Shown here piece after piece: positions 53,139-64,000 of a stretch of 64,000 bases of DNA. Source of the stretch: Squalus acanthias (taxonomy: Eukaryota); NCBI GenBank assembly GCA_030390025.1, contig CM059430.1, positions 52,576,001 to 52,640,000 of the forward strand, written 5' to 3'. Positions within the stretch are counted from its first letter, which is position 1. Every line of letters begins with the position of its first letter. A program made the position numbers and the translations under genes. Under the pieces are notes generated by a model that saw only the letters and a program-made list of their open reading frames with translations, had not been told where the DNA came from and made no database searches.

Positions 53139-53201
53139 CCTCTTCCTGGACTCTTCAATAGCTGACAGCAGTGCATTATCGCGCTCATTCTTCAGAAAAC
53201 C
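53139..53201 (-). CDS. NUP93: NUP93 exon 4 (most 5' exon found in the window)
   Basis: Encodes GFLKNERDNALLSAIEESRKR. 63 nt; TAG/GTAAG. Upstream exons were not found in 53202-64000. Confidence 0.96.
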
Positions 53202-55902
53202 CTAGAGGGTAAAGGAAGTCACATCAGTGTCATGCCAGTGCTTGAAATGCTGTCACACCAGGCTTCACCATCACTGCACAGTTTGCATAATTAGTAAATC
53301 CAGAGAACGGTGCTAAACAAAATCCATAGCATATTATCAACCTGCTGAAAGCAGTTATCTACAGATGCCTTGAGTAATTTGTGTCACACATATAGACTGC
53401 ATCAACTATGCAAAATCTAAAATTATATCCTGCTAAATACCTATTAGCTTATAGTGCAGCCGACTACCAGGCATTCTCAATAGGAATGTAAAATTACCTT
53501 CGCCTACGCATTTAACCAGTGATGCTTAACACATTCATTTACTCTGTGGAATTGGGAATTTAGTCTATTTAGACAACATATTTCTACTCTGCTTCATATT
53601 TGGGGCAATACCCAGCAGCTGCCATTCTGACAGGAACAAAAAAAACCTATTATGCAAAAATAGGAGGTGAAACGGCAGCTCCCCACCAGTCTCTCTCTGC
53701 AGGCATCTCCATTGCTCCTTAACCTGCATAGAGAACATCAGTGGAAATGACAAGTGGGAAAAAATTGCTAATTAGTTTCTTTATCATCTTCTTCATTGTC
53801 ATTTCTCACCCCCAAACTGTAGAGCTGTCTTCATTTGGCCCCCTACTCTGTGCAGCATGTGCTCAATGGTGCAGCAATCATTCAAATGACCCCACCCCAT
53901 CTCAGACGTCTAATGGACAATGATTCATGCCTTGGCATAGCAATTGCAAGAATGATGCTGCAAAGTTGTAAGTTTTTATACAGTGCAGGAAATGGTGATA
54001 TACATAAAAATCACAATTTCCTGCACTTTAGAACATTTTAAGCACAATTTTAAAATAACTTTAGTGTGTTAATCCACATCTGTTATCAATTTGTACTGTA
54101 CGTTTCTAAATAATATTGCAATAAGGAAACTATAAAAATCAGAATTGGGTTAATAATAATTGCAACTGCAATTTCTCCAGACACTTGTCCATTCCAGTTC
54201 TTCACACATGGAGATAGCGTTTCCTTAATCTTCTAAATACACTAGAAGCAAAAATGTAGAAATGGCTTCAAACTGCAAAGAGGCTGTATATGACGCAGTT
54301 ACTTGACACACCCATGTCTTCAGTGGCAAGTCCTTTGAAACAATGGATAATTAGAATATCTTTGAATGGACACTTTTCTTAAATAAAAGGGAGGAGTGCA
54401 GCCAAGACACTGAAAATAGTCACAATGCACAATCATACTGACCAAATAAAAGTTGTTAATTACAAGTTTTAATGACCATTTTACAACCTCATGTGCTAAT
54501 GGCAATACGTAGCAATCCAAATTTATAACCAGCTAACCCTAAAGCGGCATCTGATTCAATTTCATTATTTTTTGCAGGAGATTAAATGATACGAAGACGA
54601 ATCACTTTTAAGTGATTGTACTTTTGAATATAATTACAAAAAATAAAAACATTTTGTATTACTTTTTTTTTAATTAAAAGATTTAGAATCAATTCAACCC
54701 TTCAGTATCGCTGCAATTTGATAACCAAAGTAAAATGATGCATTTCATGAGGCTACACCTTCACACAAAGTCTTTTTAATATTAGAAATTTCACCGGTGA
54801 ACTTAAAAAGGCAACAGTGGAATTGCATAGGCACATTTAATACTAGGCATCGTCATCCTGGTCAGGTTTCCTAATGTACTAGACCAGAAGAAAACAGTTC
54901 AGTACTAAAATAGGAAACAAAAGACCGAGATAAAGGGGGCAAAGATGGCATTAGCAGCCTGAGTCATCAATACAGTTTACGGATGTGCAACAATCGGGGA
55001 AGATGAAAAATAAGGAGGAAAGTGGAGAGGGTTAAGGAAAACCAGCTGAAGTGAATGAAGGAGCAGGATTAATGCTACTGGTCCAGCATCTGTACAGCTG
55101 CCATTTCCACAGTCATCAGAAAACCTGGACAAAGAATTGCATTTAAAGGACTTACTATATGCAACCAAATGAATACTTTCTCCAGCCAAACAATTAAAAA
55201 AAAATACATATTTCACATTACTAAAAGACACAGCAGTCCATTATACTTACTGCATAGTACACTCCTTGAAACAGAACAATTGAAAATGGCAACTGATAAG
55301 CAGAGCGACGCAACACGAAGCTTTCGGCTATAAGGCGCAGCACGACCCCACCCTAAATTTGTTAAACATCGCTTCCTACATGGCTACAGTATGACTAAAT
55401 AAATTTAAAAATCAGTTTCCTTACCTGGAGAATACGCCTCTTTTTTTAAAACAAACTAATACGGGTTCAACGGACACACTTGATGGAGTTCGCTCTATCA
55501 GATGTACGGCAATGCTCTACTTAATAATACAGCTAATGCACTTCAAGGCCTTTCTGGGGTGCTTCACACTCCAGATCAGTTTCTGATGCTGCCTAATGTA
55601 TATCTCGTTGCTGTAGCTCCCCCTTGTACAGCAGAAAAAAGCACCGAGATTCCCAGAACTGTTGATACAGTCAACAGTCCGGGAGCATAATTAACAAGCA
55701 GCTCAGTGTCTAGGGAGCTGACAATCAGCTGAGTCTATTTCACGAATGCATGCACTGCAGTTCACCCATTCCACAGTACTGCAAAATGTGAATTCCAAAA
55801 CCACCTCAGCAGTCTGAAGCTGGCTGCTCTGATGTGTGCTACGGTTTTAGGGTTACACAGGGATTTGTTTTATTGTTAAAGGACTGTACCATATCAATTT
55901 GA

Positions 55903-55956
55903 TGGGGGGGGGGGGGGGGGGGGGGGAGGAGAGAGAGAAGGGGGGAGGGTGGGAGG
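55903..55956 (+). repeat. Poly-G / purine-rich tract
   Basis: A run of about 24 G followed by GA/GGG repeats. Confidence 0.9.
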
Positions 55957-58900
55957 AAAGATGATTCAACCTTTTTTCTCTCCCTTGGCCCACTGCAATT
56001 TATGATAATGGGAATTTTTGATGACTTCCGACATCCTGCCTTGAAATCAGGCTAATAATCCTTTTAGCTGTCATGTTTTGTTAATGAGGTAAATGCGGCT
56101 GCAGAATCAAGCAACACTGGGAGCTACACAATTTAATCACAGATGTGAAGCTATTTTCTTAAGCTAGCAGCCTTTATTAGCATATGTCATGAAGCATGGA
56201 GCAGAGATGTAGTGTTTTCTCCCTTCCTTTATCCAGCGGCAAGACTGACCAGCTTCCGCCATTTAAGCAGGCACCAATATCACAAAGTGTCTTTCCTAAC
56301 TGCTGGCCAAGCGCAGATGGGAAATGCAGCAGAATTAATAGTCGCTGCCCATTTGAGCACAATATGGAACACACGGACATATTGCTGTATGAGAACTAGA
56401 TTGTGCTCTCTTGCTACAATCTGCATTTTCCAAGCCTGAAAATCAGCAGTGAATACCGCATTAAAAATAATCTTGTACATTCCAGTGTTCGCTCTACAAT
56501 GACATTCTTTGTAATACTGCGGAAATTGCAAACATTAACCTTCAATATCATAGAACAGTGGATAACTCTGCATTATTACACTAGATATCTTAAGATAAAC
56601 ACAGTAGGTATAAGATAAAGTTTAGGTAGATCATAAATTAAACTGGAATATAAACTAAATTGGTAGGATTTTTCTTTAATGGAGATCCACAGGTTACTTA
56701 ATAACGTAACTAAAGGATCTCATATGTTACAGTCAACATTGACACTATTTGTGCTATTTACAATATGCAATCCAGCTACTGAAAAAAAATGATTCAAGAT
56801 TTTAAGTCAAAGGTGATACTCATCCCAAACTAATTCAGATTTGGACAGTATAGCTTCTGTGATTTTCCCAGCTTCCCATTATTGGACTATTTTTCCAAGT
56901 ATTGATATTACGGTACTAGCGAGGTAAATAACAATGCCTCGCAGGTCAGACTAGGGGTTATATCTGGATGTAAAGCTGCTGTGACAAGACCTAAAGTGAG
57001 AGTTAGTCTCAATGATCAGAATCAGGCCAGTTTATTCTATACAATCAGGCAATGGCACAGTCATCAAATTGCAGAAAGCCACAGAAACTTCTAGAGACAG
57101 CAGCACTCCGTCGATTCAGATCAGAGTGAAGCACTTTCCCCAACTAACGAATGCATATCGTCGATGGTGCGAGTCCATTCCTTCAGGGCCAAGTTTTTAA
57201 ATTTACATTGCATTTATTTTAACCACTGAACTACTACATGGGTGAATGCTATGCTCTTAAATTAAAATTATTAATTGGGGGAAAAAATGATATGTAATGT
57301 CATACTGAAAACGACAGAGCTGTATTAACCCATTTTATGCACAGAAACTGGGCCGGCTGATGCAATTTAAAAGATGAAGTCTTGTAACTTGTGCACAGCT
57401 TTTCATTCTAGAACAATTTACAACACAATGGTAAAAATAATTCGAATTATACTGTGAATCTCATGGTGCAATTATTCTGCAGCAATGTCAGCAGTTTCTC
57501 ACCCACTAAACCAACAGCACAGCCAGAATGATAGCTTTATTTTTCTAAAGACAGGTTCAGCATATCTTGTGAAACACAACAGGATTGGTTTTCGGGAGCA
57601 TAAGACTGTAATTTAATTTCAGGGTTCAGATGGCATCAATAAACAGCACTTGCTGCTCTCAGAATTTATGGCGTCATGTGAACCCTTGGTTTAAATTACA
57701 GCCTCATTATTCAATCCCAGCCAGCCAGTCTATACGGTTGTCATTGTACGGTGCTAAAGACACAAAATTCCTTTTACCAGAATCAACAGGCAAATTTGAA
57801 GATCAGAGCAGAATTTCTGCAGCCAGTCACAGTATCAATTGTTATAATTTATAATACATTTAACGTATAAAAAGGCACATGGCTTAGAGTTAATGTCTTC
57901 TTGACTTGAGAATCTCAAGTCAGACTTTTTTTTATTTCCAGGGTAACATTTGGCTGTTCCTGATCATTCACAAGGATAGGTCAGTACTGCCGGCCATTTT
58001 AAATATCCCAAATGTGGAAACTTTGTTTTTCTGAAGTCAAAATGGGATTAGCTTCAATTTAATTTTAAACATTAGCCATTTAGATATTTTACGTAGCCCC
58101 AGGCTACGGGACAAATGTCATCTTTAGAATCCACAAATATTGGGAAACCTCATATTTACAGGAGTTGGGGGAGGGGGAGGAGACTGGGCGATATCAGTTA
58201 ATATGCTGCTTTTTCACCTCTAAATTCTGGTATGAATCCAGTCAAGATTAATGAAATAAAGCTTTCTATCTCAGCCTATCAAGTTTCAAGTGGGCAGAAA
58301 ATTGCCCATAAGTTCTTCCTGTCTCCTTCAGAAGATGGTGTGGTGCAAGTAATGTCACTGATACAGTAGATGGTCCACTGCAGTTCTGCTACGGCACATT
58401 TGGACAGAATAGAGGAAGCCTTACTGGTCTCTGACCTCAGTGCTCGATGCTGACACTGGGTATCCAAAAAGGAATACTCCAATTGCCCAGAACAGACATC
58501 CCTCACCTTGAGAATGACAATAAAGCATTTTCTCACAAGTGTTACCAATCAAATATTGATCACAGATTCAGGGAGCAGTAATAGGAGTAAATCTTATGGT
58601 AGAGCTCCGCTCCAGACTATCACAACTTTAGTGGTGATGGGGATGAGAGTTAATTTTAGTAAAGAGGTTTGTATAGTCCATTAGAGAAAAGTCTGGCCAT
58701 ATTATAGCAAAATATGCAATTATGAAAGTTCAGGAGTCCATTGGATGTAACTTCACAAATCAGAACTCTACCCTCCATCCTTACAACTAGCCTTAGCATC
58801 CCTCAGCTTAAAGGAGGTGGAGTGGGAGGGAAGGCGAAGAGGACTGGGTGATATAGGTTACTGCGCTGTCCTTTCATCGCTACAACCTGGTTTGCAATAA

Positions 58901-61900
58901 GGAGAAGCATGAGGAAATGACTAACTCAGGCAACTCCAGACTCCTGGTATATACGGGCCAGAGGGCTGCAAATGGGAACTTGCAAAAAGGATGCAAAGAC
59001 ATACTCAATGGTTTATTTGAAGGACATCATTTCAGAAAAATGTTGCTTCAAGGAAGTAAGAGACCATGTTCGTTCCTTGTCCTCTCCACAACTAAAGTAT
59101 GTCAGCACCTGCGAGCTAAATACTACATTTAAATAAAGAGTATTCAGGTTCAATTCAATGGAGGTTTGGGTGGTGGGGGGGGGGGGGGGGGGTGGAGGCA
59201 AAGAGCATTAGTGTGTGTAATGGTCAAAAATCACAACGTCCTAGAAATTAAGGAAGCTCGTTAAAATTAGAAAAATGTTCATAATATATTCAACAGAAAT
59301 GACATCAATTTCACCCTCTGTTCCCATCCTCCATGCCAATGACACAGCAGCTTTTATTGTCATGCTGCAGCTGAGCAAGTTGATGTTCCAGTACAAAGCG
59401 AGCCTGTCTGCACATCCACGTCAGCAACTAATGAATCTGACCTGGCAGCAGCTTTAGGCTACCATTAAGTCATTAGCGTGAATTTACCCCCCCCATTCTC
59501 CCGCCTCCATTCTCTCCACACACTGTGGGTAATACTATCCTTCCGGCTTTTTCCACCATCTCCAATGCATCATCTGCCTCAATCCCTATTAGCAAGATTT
59601 TTGTTTTTCCCTTGTGATTTATTAAAGGCTTGAGGGCAAGGTCGATGCAGCCACTCTTTGTGTGACCTGCTGATAGTGTCTTTTTACCATTGTAAATCCC
59701 ATATAATCGTATCATACAATCAAAGGCAGTTTATTTAGGCAATAGCAAAAAGCCCGACACCCTATTCGCAACCTACTCTGAAGCAGCAGTCCATGACAGA
59801 CATCAGCAGATCACGCCATCTCCAGTTACTGTTTGCCTCACTACTGCATTTTAATATTCAGCGCAGTTATGAGGAGACTGCCTCTCATTGTGGACGGCGA
59901 TAGAAGCAAGCTATGGAAAAGTCAAAACTCATGTCAGCACAGCATCCTCCTGCTTATTGATCAGCCGCACCAGAATGGTCCGAGTACAGTAAGTGCAACA
60001 ATTGAGATTCATCAATAGGCTTCTTTATTTTCAAAGTGAATGATGAGTATTCTTATAGGTTTGCATCAAACACAGAGATAGATGTAGATATTTTGGCAAT
60101 ATTTTTGAAAGAAGCATAGTGTAGACACTAACTTCACAGGGATCTTAAAAAAAACATGATGCTGAGGATTCTGACTGGAGGGGGCCTTGGTGAAGCCAGG
60201 ATTTGGTTACCAAATACGCTCTCTCCCCACCACCCTGCAACCAAAAAAAAAATAGCTTTAGCTCTGGATAAGATACAAGCCTGTGAAGATTACATTTAAA
60301 AAAATGGCTTTGCTCTAGTCCAGGTCTGTCCATCAAACAAACCTGCATACTAACAGTCTATAACCATTTTCAAAGTGGAGTTCAGGTTGTACAGCAGTAA
60401 TGAATTCTACAGCCAGCTGAATACTGGTAGTAATCATCAGGAGTCTATTACCAGCTATTCTGAGCACTCAAACTAGATGCCAATAAAAGTTGCAGTTTCA
60501 TGGCTTGAACAAATTTCTGAATCTGGATCTTTGATCTAAATCAGATCTTCTGCAGCCGAGCTCACCCCATCCCACTGCAATGCTTTAACAATAATGAATG
60601 TAGCAGAGGGACTCAAAAAACTTGAAACTGAATTTTTTTTCTCACGCATCATTTTGCATTGCAAAACTAAGAATTGCTTTCATGTAAACTTTTACCAACT
60701 TCCAACTATTTCTTGGGAGTTTTCCATTTGTGGCCAGCATAATGTAGCTTCCAGAATTCATGCACTGTAAAGCTTCTGAAGTTTTGTTGTGACCTTCCGT
60801 TCAAAATGGCAGCAGCCACAAAGCTGCTCTAATGAGCTGCAATGACAACACTGGCTTATCAACTAACAGAATGACCTGCAATGTCTCGCATCTACTTTAT
60901 GATTGCTGGACAATCCCACATCTGAACGAGTGTGAGAACATGAACACTGAAGTGAACAGGCCCTAGCTCTCTGATTCGCAGTACACATGGATGAATGCCG
61001 AAACCTGGCTAAGAAAGAACGGTAAATAAAATTTTAAAGATCAGAGAGACGGATAAAGAAATTGTATCAAGCTAAGAAAACTCCTGTAAAAGGAGAAAGG
61101 AGGATTGAGAGACGGATGGTGAGCAAAAGACAGGCAGCGAGCAAGAGACAAAGTACAGAATGTTTTTAAAGCAAAGTTGAAAGACTACAGTAAGTATAGT
61201 AGAGAAACAGTAACTGATTGATTAGAATTACACATGCTCTTTATCAAAGGGCAAATGATTTATTTTTCTCCTAGACCCCTCCCTGCCTACACCGTATATC
61301 TTTGCACCAGAGAGGATGGACTGGAGACTGGGTCCCAGGCCTTTGACAATACCACTCTACAGATGACTACAAATAAATGAGTGTGGCCTGGGGTGACTGG
61401 GCCTCTAATTTTCCCTCATCAGGAAGCACATGGCTTCTATCGAGTGCCTTCATTAGCTGGTATATTTGCGACAAGGATGGGACTAAATGAATAACAAAGC
61501 CAGACAAGATGCGATGGTCCAAATTGTCTCCTCTGTGCTGTGAAATTCTTCGATTTGAACTCATTGCTTAGGGAATTTTGAGCACAAGTCCACAACATAT
61601 TATTCCACAACATTGCTCATCAGAGCTCTACGGATTGTGCTGTAGTGCCAGACATTCTCAACTTCAAAAATGTTTGTAGGAGAAATTGGGTTTGTTAATG
61701 TTTTATAGCTTCCTAGAGAAATAGCAGTTCAGGTCAGAGACTTGCTACAAAAGGTGTAATTCAGTTGACAGCCTTCAACAGCAAGTAACTCTTTAGGATC
61801 CAATGCAAAAGTGTGTCTATTTTAGAACTGGATCCCACTTAGGGTATCCAAGACTGGAAAATTGAATGCTGACTGGGTGTAGTCCTACAGTTGGGTTAAT

Positions 61901-62583
61901 AGTGAATTTTCCAGTCCTGGAGGCTTCCAGACTGATAAAAAATAAAAATGAGTGTGATTATTTGCCGTGGATGCAAATATACTGCTCAATGACAAGGATC
62001 CATAGCTGGCATCAGCTGAAGGCCTATAACAATATTTTTCCAAGAGTGTGTAAGAACGGTCATAAAAACATAATTTCTTCTACAAAATAGAAGACTTTTG
62101 AAATGATTTATTTTTTTTAGGTGGGGGGGGGGGGGGTGGGGGAAAGAACATTAGGCTGAAAATATTCCCCCAGATTGAAAAATCCTTCAATTTTTTTTTT
62201 ACACTGTGGCATGGACAGAGAGAATAATCAAACGATTGCCTTGACTAATTCATTATTCTGGCTAATCTGAAACAAGTTCAGGTGGTTTAGCAATTAGTTA
62301 TTGAGATTTTATACTCACTTATCTCAGAATAATGTTGTCACATAGGTAACAGTTACCACAGACAATGGCTGGCACAGACTGATGGAATGAAAGTCTCTGT
62401 CTGTTGGCTGTAAGGATCCCGTGTGAAATCAGTTACTGCAGGCTCAACCCACAGTATAAAACTGGCCTAATTTTGCTCTGTGTCAATCTCCCTCAGACAG
62501 ATCACAGAATGGCTGTTGTGAAAAATGTAGTGTCATACTGGTGCAGTAGGGAGTGCTTTCTTGGAGATAAAAAAGGAAGCCGA

Positions 62584-62830
62584 TATAAAACAGAATAGGC
62601 TGGAAATACACAGCCAGTCTGTCAGCATCTGTAAACAAAAATATAGGCTAACATTTCAAGTGCAGATCTTTCACAAGAACTGAAGTTTGTTCTGACAAAA
62701 AGGCCACTGAAAGCACGCCCAATATAAAAGAACAGAAAAGGCTGGAGGAACACAACAGGGCAATCAGCATCGATGAAGAGAACAGAGCCTACATTTCAGT
62801 TACATACCCTTCTTCAGAACCGAAAAATTA
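62584..62830 (-). mobile_element. Two degenerate copies of the hammerhead-like short repeat
   Basis: AAAACAGAATAGGCTGGAAATACACAGC...AGAAC and AGAACAGAAAAGGCTGGAGG...CCCTTCTTCAGAAC resemble 1431-1536. A short inverted piece (GTTCTGACAAAAAGG) lies between them. Confidence 0.5.
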
Positions 62831-63009
62831 GAGATGAACCGGCAATTGAATCCAATCAGAAAAAAGGGTGAATGCATATTTTTAAATTACAAACCAACAA
62901 ACACAGTGAGGACACATCAGTGGAAATGAAACATTATCTAAATAATACAGAATCACTGAAAAAAAAGACATTAGAGAAACAAAAAGGAGCTGCAAATAGC
63001 TATACAAGT

Positions 63010-63950
63010 CTTGGCATCCTCCTCTTGCTCATTTACTTGCTGGCCCTTGCAGACATGGGGTCAGCTTCCACATGTACCCTGGTGACACACAGTTCTACCT
63101 CCCTCGACCCCTCCACTGCTGTTGCGCCATCAGACTGCCCGTTCAACATCCAGTCCTGGATGAACCATAATTTCTGCCAGCTTTTGACCCCCAGTACAAA
63201 CTATGCACCCTCACTACCAACTCCATCCCCTACTTGATCAATGTCTCAGGGTTAACCAGACTGTTTACACACATAGCACACTGTTTGACCCCAAAGTAAT
63301 TTTCCAGCTCCATACCCATACCCTCTCAATTACAAAAACCACCTACTTCCACCTCCATAACATCACTGTCTCCAGCCCCCCACCTCAGGTCATCTGCTAC
63401 AAAAATCCTCATTCATAGCTTCGGATTTGATAACTTCAATGCTTTCCTGGCAAGTCTCCCATTCTCCAATCCCTGTGAACTTCAGTTCACCCAGAACTCT
63501 ACTGGTCCTATCCTGCACCAAATCGTACTCACCTTTCACCCCTGTCTTCGCTGATCTACATCAGCTCCCAAGGCCTCAAATTTAAAAATCTCATCCTTGT
63601 GTTTAAATTTTTTCATGGCCTCATCCCTCCCCATCACTGTAACCTCCTCCAGCACTACAACCCCAACCTTGCCTTTCCTCTGACTCCAGTCCGCTGTGTA
63701 TTCCCTCTCCTTTGTCCCATCACTGGTGGCCGCGCTTTCAGTGAACTGGGCCACATAGAGGTTTTCTCTATAACCATCCCCTCTTAAGATTATCCTTAAA
63801 GCCACCTCTTTGACCAAGCTTCTGGTCACTCCTCCCTAATCTTTTGTCCTTTGGCTCACCATCTGTTATTTTTTTTTTTAAACACCTCTGTGAAGCATGT
63901 TGGGATGTTTTGTCTCCATTAAACGCACTATATAAATACAAGTTGCTGTC
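63010..63950 (+). mobile_element. L2-type LINE RT/3' fragment
   Basis: NIQSWMNHNF and FKFFHGLIP remnants; tail CACTATATAAATACAAGTTGCTGT. Confidence 0.8.
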
Positions 63951-64000
63951 ACTGTCAGAGGCAAATGCGAGAAAATGGGGGAGATGAAAAACACAGAAAA

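Noticed and set aside
62370-62560. Possible AmnSINE2-like remnants (also about 58180-58280)
   Set aside because: The resemblance is too degraded to call without a profile search.
53202-64000. Search for NUP93 exons 1-3 or a nested gene
   Set aside because: No MDTEGFGELL or SVLLGSRGLD-like coding sequence was seen; the ORFs are short and lack splice support.

Overview
This is vertebrate genomic DNA, most likely from a cartilaginous fish (shark), inferred from the CR1/HER1-type LINEs, Deu-domain SINEs and LF-SINE-like repeats. All genes lie on the minus strand, in the same order as human 16q13. NUP93 contributes 19 coding exons matching human exons 4-22 (53201 down to the TGA at 18929; 2166 nt in frame, all GT-AG); exons 1-3 were not found and presumably lie beyond 64000. 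Next is the miR-138-2 hairpin (16725-16807). Then come coding exons 1-5 of SLC12A3/NCC, the thiazide-sensitive Na-Cl cotransporter (12878 down to 1060), which continues off the left edge. Introns are rich in transposable elements (TEs): CR1, L2, a Zenon-like LINE, SINEs and MITEs. Points worth a second look are: an inverted CR1 pair abutting the NUP93 exon 5 acceptor, a CpG-rich Tigger-like MITE nested in an older inverted-repeat element, hammerhead-ribozyme-like repeat relics, and possible NUP93 read-through into miR-138-2. No clearly novel protein-coding system was found. Gene and repeat family names come from recalled homology, not from database searches.
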